Origin: Bugula neritina
Lineage: Eukaryota; Animalia; Bryozoa
Assembly (NCBI GenBank): GCA_964035545.1
Contig: OZ037767.1
Coordinates: 197,680 to 261,679 of the forward strand
Length of the DNA: 64,000 nucleotides
Direction of reading: 5' to 3'
Part shown: piece after piece, positions 50,905-64,000 of the stretch
How the letters are laid out: the number at the start of each line of letters is the position of its first letter
How positions within the stretch are numbered: position 1 is the stretch's first letter
Position numbers and translations under genes: made by a program
Notes under the pieces: generated by a model
What the model was told of the DNA's origin: nothing
What the model saw: only the letters and a program-made list of their open reading frames with translations
Databases searched by the model: none

Positions 50905-53900
50905 ATCCTATCCTATACTTTAAACTGTAGATACCCCAATAGACAGTCAGTCATGTGACAGTAGACACGCCCCCTGCTCTAGTTTCAGTGAAAATCTTCA
51001 AGAGAATATCAAATCTTTGACTGAAGAGAACTTCCTTTCAGGTCTGTAGCCATATTGTATCTCCTGCTTTGCTTGTATCAGTTCCATTATATTCTAATTA
51101 AATACGGTATTATACTGTATTGTATTATATCCTGAGTATTAGACTGTATTGTATTATATTCTAAGTATTATACTGTATTGTATTACATTCTAAGCATTAT
51201 GCTGTGTTATATTATAATTGCAGTTTGTGTGTTTTTTAGATGACTATATTCTCACCATCATAACATTCAAACATGCTCAACACAATTCTAATCTACAAGA
51301 CAAGTTCAGGTAAGTTACTGATGAGTTACATGTGAGTATCTCTCCTATCTTGACATGTCAGTATCTCTCTTATCTTGACATGTCAGTATCTCTCCTATCT
51401 TGACATGTGAATATCTCTCCTATCTTGACATGTGAATATCTCTCCTATCTTGACATGTCAGTATCTCTCTTATCTTGACATGTCAGTATCTCTCCTATCT
51501 TGACATGTGAGTATCTCTCCTATCTTGACATGTCAGTATCTCTCCTATCTTGACATGTGAATATCTCTCCTATCTTGACATGTGAATATCTCTCCTATCT
51601 TGACATGTCAGTATCTCTCCTATCTTGACATGTGAGTATCTCTCCTATCTTGACATGTGAATATCTCTCCTATCTTGACATGTGAATATCTCTCCTATCT
51701 TGACATGTCAGTATCTCTCCTATCTTGACATGTCAGTATCTCTCCTATCTTCACATGTCAGTATCTCTCCTATCTTGACATGTCAGTATCTCTCTTATCT
51801 TGACATGTCAGTATCTCTCCTATCTTCACATGTGAGTATCTCTCCTATCTTGACATGTCAGTATCTCTCCTATCTTCACATGTCAGTATCTCTCCTATCT
51901 TCACATGTGAGTATCTCTCCTATCTTGACATGTCAGTATCTCTCCTATCTTCACATGTGAATATCTCTCCTATCTTAACATATCAGTATCTCTCCTATCT
52001 TGACATGTCAGTATCTCTCCTATCTTCACATGTCAGTATCTCTCCTATCTTCACATGTCAGTATCTCTCCTATCTTCACATGTCAGTATCTCTCCTATCT
52101 TCACATGTCAGTATCTCTCTTATCTTGACATGTCAGTATCTCTCCTATCTTCACATGTCAGTATCTCTTCTATCTTCACATGTGAGTATCTCTCCTATCT
52201 TCACATGTGAGTATCTCTCCTATCTTGACATGTCAGTATCTCTCCTATCTTCACATGTCAGTATCTCTTCTATCTTCACATGTGAGTATCTCTCCTATCT
52301 TGACATGTCAGTATCTCTCCTATCTTGACATGTCAGTATCTCTCCTATCTTCACATGTCAGTATCTCTCCTATCTTCACATGTCAGTATCTCTTCTATCT
52401 TGACATGTGAGTATCTCTCCTATCTTGACATGTCAGTATCTCTCCTATCTTGACATGTGAGTATCTCTCCTATCTTGACATGTCAGTATCTCTCCTATCT
52501 TGACATGTCAGTATCTCTCCTATCTTGACATCTCAGTATCTCTCCTATCTTGACATGTCAGTATCTCTCCTATCTTGACATGTCAGTATCTCTCCTATCT
52601 TGACATGTCAGTATCTCTCCTATCGTGACATGTGAGTATCTCTCCTATCTTGACATGTGAGTATCTCTCCTATCTTGACATGTGAGTATCTCTCCTATCT
52701 TCACATGTCAGTATCTCTCCTATCTTGACATGTGAGTATCTCTCCTATCTTGACATGTGAGTATCTCTCCTATCTTCACATGTCAGTATCTCTCCTATCT
52801 TGACATGTCAGTATCTCTCTTATCTTGACATGTCAGTATCTCTCCTATCTTGACATGTCAGTATCTCTCCTATCTTGACATGTGAGTATCTCTCCTATCT
52901 TGACATGTCAGTATCTCTCCTATCTTGACATGTGAGTATCTCTCCTATCTTGACATGTGAGTATCTCTCCTATCTTGACATGTGAGTATCTCTCCTATCT
53001 TGACATGTGAGTATCTCTCCTATCTTGACATGTCAGTATCTCTCCTATCTTCACATGTCAGTATCTCTCCTATCTTGACATGTCAGTATCTCTCCTATCT
53101 TCACATGTCAGTATCTCTCCTATCTTCACATGTCAGTATCTCTCTTATCTTGACATGTGAGTATCTCTCCTATCTTGACATTTCAGTATCTCTCCTATCT
53201 TGACATGTCAGTATCTCTCCTATCTTGACATGTGAATATCTCTCCTATCTTGACATGTGAGTATCTCTCCTATCTTGACATGTGAGTATCTCTCCTATCT
53301 TGACATGTCAGTATCTCTCCTATCTTCACATGTCAGTATCTCTCCTATCTTCACATGTCAGTATCTCTCCTATCTTCACATGTCAGTATCTCTCCTATCT
53401 TGACATGTCAGTATCTCTCTTATCTTGACATGTGAGTATCTCTCCTATCTTGACATGTCAGTATCTCTCCTATCTTCACATGTCAGTATCTCTCCTATCT
53501 TCACATGTGAGTATCTCTCCTATCTTGACATGTCAGTATCTCTCCTATCTTGACATCTCAGTATCTCTCCTATCTTGACATGTCAGTATCTCTCCTATCT
53601 TGACATGTCAGTATCTCTCCTATCTTGACATGTGAGTATCTCTCCTATCTTCACATGTCAGTATCTCTCCTATCTTCACATGTCAGTATCTCTCCTATCT
53701 TGACATGTGAATATCTCTCCTATCTTCATATGTGAGTATCTCTCCTATCTTGACATGTGAGTATCTCTCCTATCTTCACATGTCAGTATCTCTCCTATCT
53801 TGACATGTGAGTATCTCTCTTATCTTGACATGTCAGTATCTCTCCTATCTTGACATGTCAGTATCTCTCCTATCTTCACATGTCAGTATCTCTCCTATCT

Positions 53901-55975
53901 TCACATGTCAGTATCTCTCCTATCTTGACATCTCAGTATCTCTCCTATCTTGACATGTGAGTCCTAGCTGTTAAATACTTATTAAGTTGACAGATTTCTA
54001 TTTATAGAATAACTGTGACATCTCTGTTAGCTCACAGCTCTGTTGGATTATTATTCTTGATTATCGGAGACAGAGAAAGCCAGCAGATAGCCAAATCTAT
54101 TCTGAGGGAGTCGGCAGCAAGAAATGACATAACAACAAAATACCAGGTAATGTGTTACCTGATTCACTATATACACTGTCTGTATGTAGTGTGTATATAT
54201 ACATAATATATGTATATATACGCTGTCTGTATGTAGTGTGTATATATACATAATATATGTATATATACGCTGTCTGTATGTAGTGTGTATATATACATAA
54301 TACATGTATATACTATCTTCTCCGTACAGGTGGCTGAAGTTGATGCCGAGTGGATGGCAACTGAACTGCACACAGTTGTTGAGCCAATGCAACGGTGAGA
54401 GGAAAGACAACTTCAGTAGCTGTATTAATATTCACTAACAGTTGTATATAGTATTCTATACTCTCATAGTATTAGTGTGTTACTGTGTATATTCTTAGTG
54501 TATAATCTCAGTGCTGACTGAAGCTGCTATCTCGGGCTATTCTCCAATGCAGGTACTTCAGCTCCAAAAAAGACGCTTATTATTCTGACTCCCTTTTCTT
54601 CCTTTCTATCGCCATTCACCAAGTACTTCCTGTCTCTATAAAGAAGGCCGTCATGTTGGACGCTGATCTAAAGTTCATGTCGGATATCAAAGAGCTCTAC
54701 GACTTATTCAATGACTTCTCATCTGAACAGGTCATTGGTGAGTCTCAGTGTAATGTTACTCTACTCTCAGTATACTGTTACTCTACTCTCAGTGTACTGT
54801 TACTCTACTCTCAGTATACTGTTACTCTACTCTCAGTATACTGTTACTCTACTCTCAGTGTACTGTTACTCTACTCTCAGTGTACTGTTACTCTACTCTC
54901 AGTGTACTGTTACTCTACTCTCAGTGTACTGTTACTCTACTCTTAGTGTACTGTTACTCTACTCTCAGTGTACTGTTACTCTACTCTCAGTGTACTGTTA
55001 CTCTACTCTCAGTATACTGTTACTCTACTCTCAGTATACTGTTACTCTACTCTCAGTATGCTGTTACTCTACTCTCAGTATACTGTTACTCTACTCTCAG
55101 TATACTGTTACTCTACTCTCAGTATACTGTTACTCTACTCTCAGTATACTGTTACTCTACTCTCAGTATACTGTTACTCTACTCTCAGTATACTGTTACT
55201 CTACTCTCAGTGTACTGTTACTCTACTCTCAGTGTACTGTTACTCTACTCTCAGTGTACTGTTACTCTACTCTCAGTATACTGTTACTCTACTCTCAGTG
55301 TACTGTTACTCTACTCTCAGTGTACTGTTACTCTACTCTCAGTGTACTGTTACTCTACTCTCAGTATACTGTTACTCTACTCTCAGTGTACTGTTACTCT
55401 ACTCTCAGTGTACTGTTACTCATTATTTAGGAATTGCCAGAGAAAACCAGCCAGTATATAGACACACCTTCTCTCACTATAGAAGTTACAATGTTGGTAC
55501 GAGGGTGGGGGAACCTCCCCCTAATGGTCTCACAGGATTCAACAGGTACACAACCGTGTTTCTTCACTGCCATTATAAGCATTTTATTCTTAGTACCTGT
55601 AAACTTACCTTGGCGTAGTTTACAGGTAGACGCGTGCTTCTATAGTCTTTGCTTGCTTGTAGCGGAGTTTTATTACTCAATTTAGAGGCAATGAGGTCTT
55701 CCAACTTATACAACTCTCTACTCATTGAAGAGACTATTGAGGTCTTGTCCGATAAGTACAAGTTCAAAGGTCACCTAGGAGACCAAGACTTCTTCACATT
55801 GATCTCTTTAGATTATGAACATCTATTCTATATATTACCATGTGGGTGGAATAGACAGTTGTGTACTTGGTGGAGAGATCATGGTTATGAGAAAGAGTTC
55901 AATGATTATTATGAATGCAATGAGATGGTTAGCGTGTACCACGGCAACTGTAACACAGCTATACCCGGGCAGTGA
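50633..55975 (+). CDS. XXYLT1: Xyloside xylosyltransferase 1 (GT8 family)
   Basis: YYSDSPFFLS, MLDADLKF (DxD), IGIARENQPVYRH, GFNSGVLLLNL, FKGHLGDQDFFT, WNRQLCTWW, YHGNCNTAIP. The start at 50633 is inferred from frame-consistent upstream exons and is less certain. Confidence 0.9.
51328..53962. repeat. 25-bp minisatellite (gtSagtatctctcctatcttSacat), ~105 copies, XXYLT1 intron
   Basis: The largest array in the window. It begins ~20 nt after the donor at 51310. Confidence 0.95.
54744..55421. repeat. 22-bp minisatellite (tactgttactctactctcagtR), XXYLT1 intron
   Basis: It fills nearly the whole intron. Confidence 0.92.
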
Positions 55976-55979
55976 GGCT

Positions 55980-56241
55980 TACTTAACTACTTGACTATAT
56001 GTACTTAACTACTTGACTATATGCACTCGACTACTTGACTATATGTACTTAACTACTTGACTATACGCACTCGACTACTTGACTATATGTACTCGACTAC
56101 TCGACTATATGTACTTGAATACTTGACTATATGTACTCGACTACTCGACTATATGTACTTGAATACTTGACTATATGTACTCGACTACTTGACCATATGT
56201 ACTTGACTACTTGACTATATGTACTTGAATACTTGACTATG
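55980..56241. repeat. ~23-bp minisatellite immediately after the XXYLT1 stop codon
   Basis: actacttgactatatgtact-type units. Confidence 0.88.
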
Positions 56242-56721
56242 TTATTTTTCTTTCAGTTTTGATAATAAACTGTCTCACAGCATACTCTGTACTACTGCGC
56301 CCTCTTCCTTTACCTAGATAACCCTGTAAGTTCTCTACTCTACAGCTCGCAGCACTCCATACAGGTTTCAGGGTCTAACTTTATTATGTTGGCACAGGAA
56401 TATATGTAACAGACGAGACATAAAGTGACGTAATACTAAACGTGATACTAAATGTGATTCATATACTGACAGCTGTGTAGCAGCAGGCACATAGCAAGTA
56501 GAAACTACCAGTTAACCATACAGTGCAGAATGGAGAGCAGAGATTGTAAATATATCAGTTAGAAATCTGTACTGTATACTGCATAGCATATAATTAACTT
56601 ATAAGAACCCTTACTAAAAGATATCCAACACTACCGAAGATACTAACATTGGGGATTATTGATTCAATTCATAAAATTAATTAAATACTTTGAAGTTTAT
56701 TAGTGTCAGTCAAGTTTGCAC

Positions 56722-56946
56722 TTGACTGAATCAAGTTCATGATTTGATTCAGTCAAGTTCATGACTTGAGTCAATCAAGTCCATGACTTGAATCAATCAA
56801 GTCCATGACTTGAATCAATCAAGTCCATGACTTGAGTCAATCAAGTCCATGACTTGAATCAATCAAGTTCATGACTTGAGTCAATCAAGTTCATGACTTG
56901 AATCAATCAAGTTCATGACTTGAGTCAATCAAGTTCATGACTTGAT
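56722..56946. repeat. 22-bp quasi-palindromic array overlapping the GPR107 stop codon
   Basis: Unit atcaagttcatgacttgagtca. One copy encodes SSHELD* on the minus strand. Confidence 0.88.
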
Positions 56947-59900
56947 TCTCCGTTGTTTACAAGAGTCTGTTTCTCAGGATCGTCTGAATTTACTTTCAGA
57001 GTCAAATTTCTTCTTTTCGCATCCTTCGATATTCCAGATTGTGTGACTCTACATGAGATAATAATATACATCTAATAATATAATAATATACATCTAATAA
57101 TATAATAATATACATTTAATAATGTAATAATATACATCTAATAATATAATAATATACATCTAATGATGTAATAATATACATCTAATAATGTAATAATATA
57201 CATCTAATAATATGCATCTAATAATATAATAATATACTTCTAATAATATAATAATATACATCTAATAATGTAATAATATACATCTAATAATATAATAATA
57301 TACATCTACTAATAATAATTATAGTATATCTGTATAACTATATAGTATATCTGTATATAGTATATCTGTATAACTATATAGTATATCTGTATATAGTATA
57401 TCTGTATACAGTATATCTGTATAACTATATAGTATATCTGTATATAGTATATCTGTATATAGTATATCTGTATAACTATATAGTATATCTGTATAACTAT
57501 ATAGTATATCTGTATATAATATATCTGTATACAGTATATCTGTATAACTATAGTAAATACAAGCAGAGACGAGTCAACTTACGGCATTTCTATTACTTCC
57601 TCCTCATCTGAGTCCGGAGGAATCTGAAAGTACGGATTGTCATCAGCTGGTCTGAATTTGTATCCAAGGAGAATGAGAAACCCAATGATGGTGACTTCAG
57701 TGAAGAAATCTCCCAGCCAGGAGTACTGGTAGGGTAGTGTGTACTACAACATCATAGTAGTACATAGTAACAGTAGTAAATAGTAACAGTAGTAAATAGT
57801 TACAGTAGTACATAGTAACAGTAGTACATGGTAACAGTAGTACACAGTAATAGTAGTACACAGTAACAGTAGTACATAGTAACAGTAGTAAATAGTTACA
57901 GTAGTACATAGTTACAGTAGTACACAGTAACAGTAGTACATAGTTACAGTAGTACATAGTAACAGTAGTACATAGTTACAGTAGTACATAGTAACAGTAG
58001 TACATAGTAACAGTAGTACATAGTAACAGTAGTACATAGTAACAGTAGTACATAGTAACAGTAGTACATAGTAACAGTAGTACATAGTTACAGTAGTACA
58101 TAGTAACAGTAGTACACAGTAACAGTAGTACATAGTAACAGTAGTACATAGTAACAGTAGTACATAGTAACAGTAGTACATAGTTACAGTAGTACATAGT
58201 AACAGTAGTACATAGTTACAGTAGTACATAGTAACAGTAGTACATAGTTACAGTAGTACATAGTAACAGTAGTACACAGTAATAGTAGTACACAGTAACA
58301 GTAGTACATAGTAACAGTAGTAAATAGTTACAGTAGTACATAGTTACAGTAGTACATAGTAACAGTAGTACACAGTAATAGTAGTACACAGTAACAGTAG
58401 TACATAGTAACAGTAGTACATAGTAACAGTAGTACATAGTAACAGTAGTACATAGTAACAGTAGTACATAGTAACAATAAAGCTGGACGTACCTCAAACA
58501 CCAGAATGACGATTCTAGTGATGTAAATGTAAGAAATCACCTGCAAGGAGAGATAAACATAATGAGTATTAGAACCAGTATTTGGTGCGACATGCGACAA
58601 GCTACATGAAAGGCAAGTGTTATGTTAAAGATACTCGCCAATACGTAGAGGGTCTTGAAGAGGCGGAGTTTCCTCAGGTTAAGAGCCGCTTTGCCGTCTG
58701 TCTGAGAGGCCTCATTCAGGTGCCTTATACTCCTAGACAAGTATGAGCAATGTGAGGCCAAGGTGCATACAAAGTGATTCATGTTTGAACTTATTGGCCT
58801 TTAGAAATGTTGCTGTTGTAAGATCTACTTTAGCTGAACTGGTGTCACACACTAATGATGACAACTATAACCTATTCATGACTTATAGGACATGCTATTA
58901 GGAGTTATTACCCCTGAATATATACTGAATACACAACAGACTACAGTTTCATACCAGATAACAGGAAGTAGGATAACAACACAGCAGAGCAAGTCTACTA
59001 CAACAGAGATGGTGTGCCACGTGGAATATGACTTTGTAGCCACTTCTGTCTCCCCCATTATCACCTTAAAATACATCACATCCTTATACATTATAGGTTA
59101 TATCATAGTACAGAGTGGTTGAGTATTAGTTAGAGTGACTGAGTAGTAGTTAGAGTGACTGAGTAGTAGTTAGAGTGACTGAGTAGTAGTTAGAGTGACT
59201 GAATAGTAGTTAGAGTGACTGAGTAGTAGTTAGAGTGACTGAATAGTAGTTAGAGTGACTGAATAGTAGTTAGAGTGACTAAGTAGTAGTTAGAGTGACT
59301 AAGTAGTAGTTAGAGTGACTGAGTAGTAGTTAGAGTGACTGGGTAGTGGTTAGAGTGACTAAGTAGTAGTTAGAGTGACTGAGTAATAGTACAGAGTGAC
59401 TGAGTAGTAGTTAGAGTGACTGAGTAGTAGTTAGAGTGACTGAGTAGTAGTTAGACTAACTCATACTAACACGAGAAACATATACTAGTAACTGCAGAGG
59501 AATGGCCACTAAGAACAACTTCTTTTCCTTGTCACTGAACACATGCTTTATGAATGTCCAGCCACTGCCAACTAACATCACTGTGAGGAATAGCATTATT
59601 GTCTTCATTCTGAAAAATACAGCCAATAGCAGGCGTCAATACATAAAATACAGCCAATAGCAGACGCCGATACATAAATCTCACTTCAATAATCAGTCAC
59701 ACTAGTAAAAAAAGTTGATATATCAAAAGAGGTTCCCACAAAGAGGGGACAACTAACAGAGTTTCAGCAAATACAACAGACGAGTGTTTGTTGCAAATAC
59801 ACAGTAGATATTATACAGTAGATATTACACAGTAGATATTACACAGTAAATATTACACAGTAGATATTACACAGTAGATATTACACATTAGATATTACAC

Positions 59901-62900
59901 AGTAGATATTATACAGTATATATTATACAGTAGATATTATACAGTAGATATTATACAGTAGATATCATACAGTAGATATCATACAGTAGATATTATACAG
60001 TAGATATTATACAGTAGATATTATACAGTAGATATTATACAGTAGATATTATACAGTAGATATTACACAGTAGATACTATACAGTAGATATTATACAGTA
60101 TATATTACACAGTAGATATTACACAGTAGATATTATACAGTAGATATTATACAGTAGATATTATACAGTATATATTATACAGTAGATATTATACAGTAGA
60201 TATTATACAGTAGATATTATACAGTAGATATTATACAGTAGATATTATACAGTAGATATTATACAGTAGATATTATACAGTAGATATTATACAGTAGACA
60301 TTATACAGTAGATATTATACAGTAGATATTATACAGTAGATATTATACAGTAGATATTATACAGTAGAGATTATACAGTAGATATTATAAAACTCACAGG
60401 TATGAAATATAGAATATAACAGCCCAGATTGTTTTCTCTTCGCCTTGAAGTCCGATATAGTAAAAGTTTGTCTGCAGAATGTACACCAATATCATTATTC
60501 AACATATAATAATATAACATATGATAATATAACATATAATAATATAACATATCATATTATAACATATAATAATAAGATGCATAATAATATAATATATAAT
60601 AATATAACATACAACAATACAACATAATACATAGTAACTTACCCCATGAAAAAGAGCAGACAAGGCTTTACAGTAGCACACAGCTAGCATGAGATAGTGT
60701 GTCTTATACACTCCTGACCTGTGTAACATATGTACACAGCTGAGTGTAATATAATGTAACAGAGAGTAATATAATGTAACAGAGAGTAATATAGTGTAGC
60801 AGAGAGTAATATAACGTAGCAGAGAGTAATATAGTGTAGCAGAGAGTAATATAACGTAGCAGAGAGTAATATAATGTAGCAGAGAGTAATATAGTGTAGC
60901 AGAGTGTAATATAATGTAACGGAGAGTAATATAATGTAACAGAGAGTAATATAATGTAACAGAGAGTAATATAATGTAACAGAGAGTAATATAGAGGGAA
61001 TACTCACACAGCTGAACGCAGCACACGAAGCCATATAAAGCTGAGTATAACATAAGCAACACAGACAGAAAAGAACAGGTACGGCTCAGGTATATCTCCA
61101 GCACTAAGATATGTGTTCTGTTTTTTATTTCTACCAGTAATATTAGCCTGGAAAGTATATAACAGACTATCAGGTGAAGGGTATATAACAGACTATCAGG
61201 TGAAGAGTATATAACATACTATCAGGTGAAGGGTATATAACATACTATCAGGTGAAGAGTATATAACAGACTATTAGGTGAAGGGTATATAACAGACTAT
61301 CAGGTGAAGAGTATATAACAGACTATCAGGTGAAGAGTATATAACAGACTATCAGGTGAAGAGTTTATAACAGACTATCATGTGAAGGGTATATAACATA
61401 CTATCAGGTGAAGAGGATATAACAGACTATCAGGTGAAGAGTATATAAAATAGTCATGTATTACATAGGGTGGGACACTCACTGCTAGAACCTTCACAGG
61501 CAATACTGTTCCATCACCGAGTTTAGCACAGTTATGGAAGTATATAGAGTAGAGACCAGCCGCAGACTTGTTGGTCACAGTGAGTATAAACTGCAGAAAA
61601 TATTCACATGTATACCAATTTGCACTTAGAATATGAGAGAGTTTAATATGCTTATAATATATGAGAGTTTAATATGCTACAAACTTGTCATAAAACATCC
61701 CTCTCATCTTACAATCCGAGTTCTTACAAGAGGAAAGAGAATGGCTGACAAGATAATACTGAATGCTGACAGTCCATAATAACCGAATACTTACAGACAC
61801 CTGAAACATTTGCACAGAGCTCTCCGTATAGTTCACTGTGAGGGGAATCTCAACCAGTCTATTAGTTATAGGTTTGTGTGGAGCAGCTGCTACAAAAACT
61901 CAGACTGATAACCAGAGAGTGGACAGTTAAACTAGAACAGATTAGTCAACATACTTGTACAAGATTCTATCACTGTGACTTATTCAGGACATACTGGGAC
62001 ACTTGAATGGTTGAAAGTGGACATGTAGGTAACAGCACACCTGGTTTAGTTGTCACTTTTCTCTTTACTAATTGATTCCCATCTTCACTGCTTGTATCAG
62101 TACTGTTACTTTCCTCCTCAACTTTCTCTGTCTGTGCCGTAGTGATGACATCACCAGTACTGTTGCCCGAATCTCTAGACTTAGAACCACTTGGCATGTC
62201 TTGAGGTGATGGGACAGCCTTCCCGTGTGCCCACACCGGGGGCTCAGAAATCTTTAGGTCTATCAGCTCATTGGTTCGATTTATTCTCATAACACTGCAA
62301 TCAACACTAATCTAAATATATGCAGCGTATAAGCATACACAGCGTATAAGCATACACACGGCGTATAAGCATACGCAGCGTATAAGCATACGCAGGGTAT
62401 AAGCATACACAGCGTACAAGCATACACAGCGTACAAGCATACACAGCGTATAAGCATACACAGGGTATAAGCATACACACAGCATATAAGCATACACAGC
62501 GTATAAGCATACGCAGCGTATAAGCATACGCAGCGTATAAGCATACGCAGGGTATAAGCATACACACGGCGTATAAGCATACGCAGCGTATAAGCATACG
62601 CAGGGTATAAGCATACACAGCGTACAAGCATACACAGCGTACAAGCATACACAGCGTATAAGCATACACAGGGTATAAGCATACACACAGCATATAAGCA
62701 TACACAGCGTATAAGCATACGCAGCGTATAAGCATGAATGAGTGAGTAGAGAACTAACCTCTGACTGCCAACTGGCACCAGAATGAAACTGGCCACCAGA
62801 CTGTTGTTGCTGGACGGTGACTTGAGAGCACATTTGACAGTTCCCTCATTGACTGACTCCTTCAACAAGTTAACATTATATTACTAGATAATATATAGAA

Positions 62901-63158
62901 TATTACTAGATAATATATAGAACATTACTAGATAATATATAGAACATTACTAGATAATATATAGAATATTACTAGATAATATATAGAACATTACTAGATA
63001 ATATATAGAACATTACTAGATAATATATAGAATATTACTAGATAATATATAGAACATTACTAGATAATATATAGAACATTACTAGATAATATATAGAACA
63101 TTACTAGATAATATATATAATACTACTAGATAATATATATATATATATATATATAGAT

Positions 63159-63200
<42 letters not shown>

Positions 63201-63410
63201 GTATACGAGAAACATTGTTGTTTTTTTTACTTTATACGTGTCATGCATAACGTCTAACGTAACATACTAATTTTTGAATTTCATTCATTGCTACTCTGAA
63301 GATGGGTACAGTGGTACCCGAAATATCAGTGTAATTACTTTACCTAATAAAGTAAAAAAAACAACAATGTTTCTCGTATACCTATTTATAATCAAATTGC
63401 TAGCTCGTAA

Positions 63411-63484
<74 letters not shown>

Positions 63485-64000
63485 ATATAATATTACTGGA
63501 TAATATATAGCATATTGCCAGATAATATATAGAACACATTATATTACTAGATAATATTATATAGAATATAGAACACATTATATTCATTATATTACTAGAT
63601 ACTAGATAGTAGATAGAATATAGAACACATTATATTCATTATATTACTAGATACTAGATAGTAAATAGAATATATAACATACTCCGTATCGAGCTATCTG
63701 GGCACTGGACTGTTTGTTTCTGTCTATAGTTAAACCAAACACCTTCAAAAACAACGTATAGGATACAAGATATAGAACATGCATCATAGTATTAACATAT
63801 AAAATACAAGAGCATTGGTGAGATAAACCTTATTTACAAATACTATTACAACAATATATGAATTTGACAATGTAATGACTTAGAGCTAATATAGCTCACA
63901 TATATAGCTACAACCTTATTATACACTTGTGTGATTGGTTGATCTGGGTCTAAGGTCACTGCAAGTTCAACAGCTAATATCCCACCATCAAACATCCCGT
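56925..64000 (-). CDS. GPR107: GPR107/GPR108 family (lung seven-TM, GOST) protein; 5' end beyond the window
   Basis: [108 protein letters not shown]. GPR107 and GPR108 cannot be separated here. Confidence 0.88.
57058..63195. repeat. Series of unrelated intronic arrays in GPR107
   Basis: At 57058-57552, 57752-58476, 59108-59460 (20 bp), 59797-60388, 60741-60993 (20 bp), 61134-61446, 62322-62733 and 62873-63195. Confidence 0.88.

Overview
This is a eukaryotic (invertebrate animal) window with short exons and many introns. The host genes are three DEG/ENaC (ASIC-like) channel paralogs, RTEL1, MRPS18A, DNAI4/WDR78, XXYLT1 and a GPR107/108-type gene. A recent, full-length ~8 kb Ty3/Gypsy LTR retrotransposon sits in an intron of the third channel gene. 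It has 392-bp LTRs with 1 mismatch, a GTAT target-site duplication, a tRNA-Leu PBS, a -1 frameshift signal, two in-frame stops in pol and a long C2H2 zinc-finger tail. There is also a LINE RT remnant and a MITE-like element. The most striking pattern is that most introns carry their own private minisatellite, and in many the repeat unit is a copy of the adjacent exon/intron junction. This produces stacks of 5-30 decoy splice donors or acceptors, and in the cases I translated only the exon-proximal copy gives an open frame. The channel paralogs also show patchy near-identity consistent with gene conversion, including a 147-bp inverted repeat formed by two tail-to-tail last exons. Exon boundaries were read by eye and repeat edges are approximate. 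Most long ORFs in the supplied track are translations of minisatellites.
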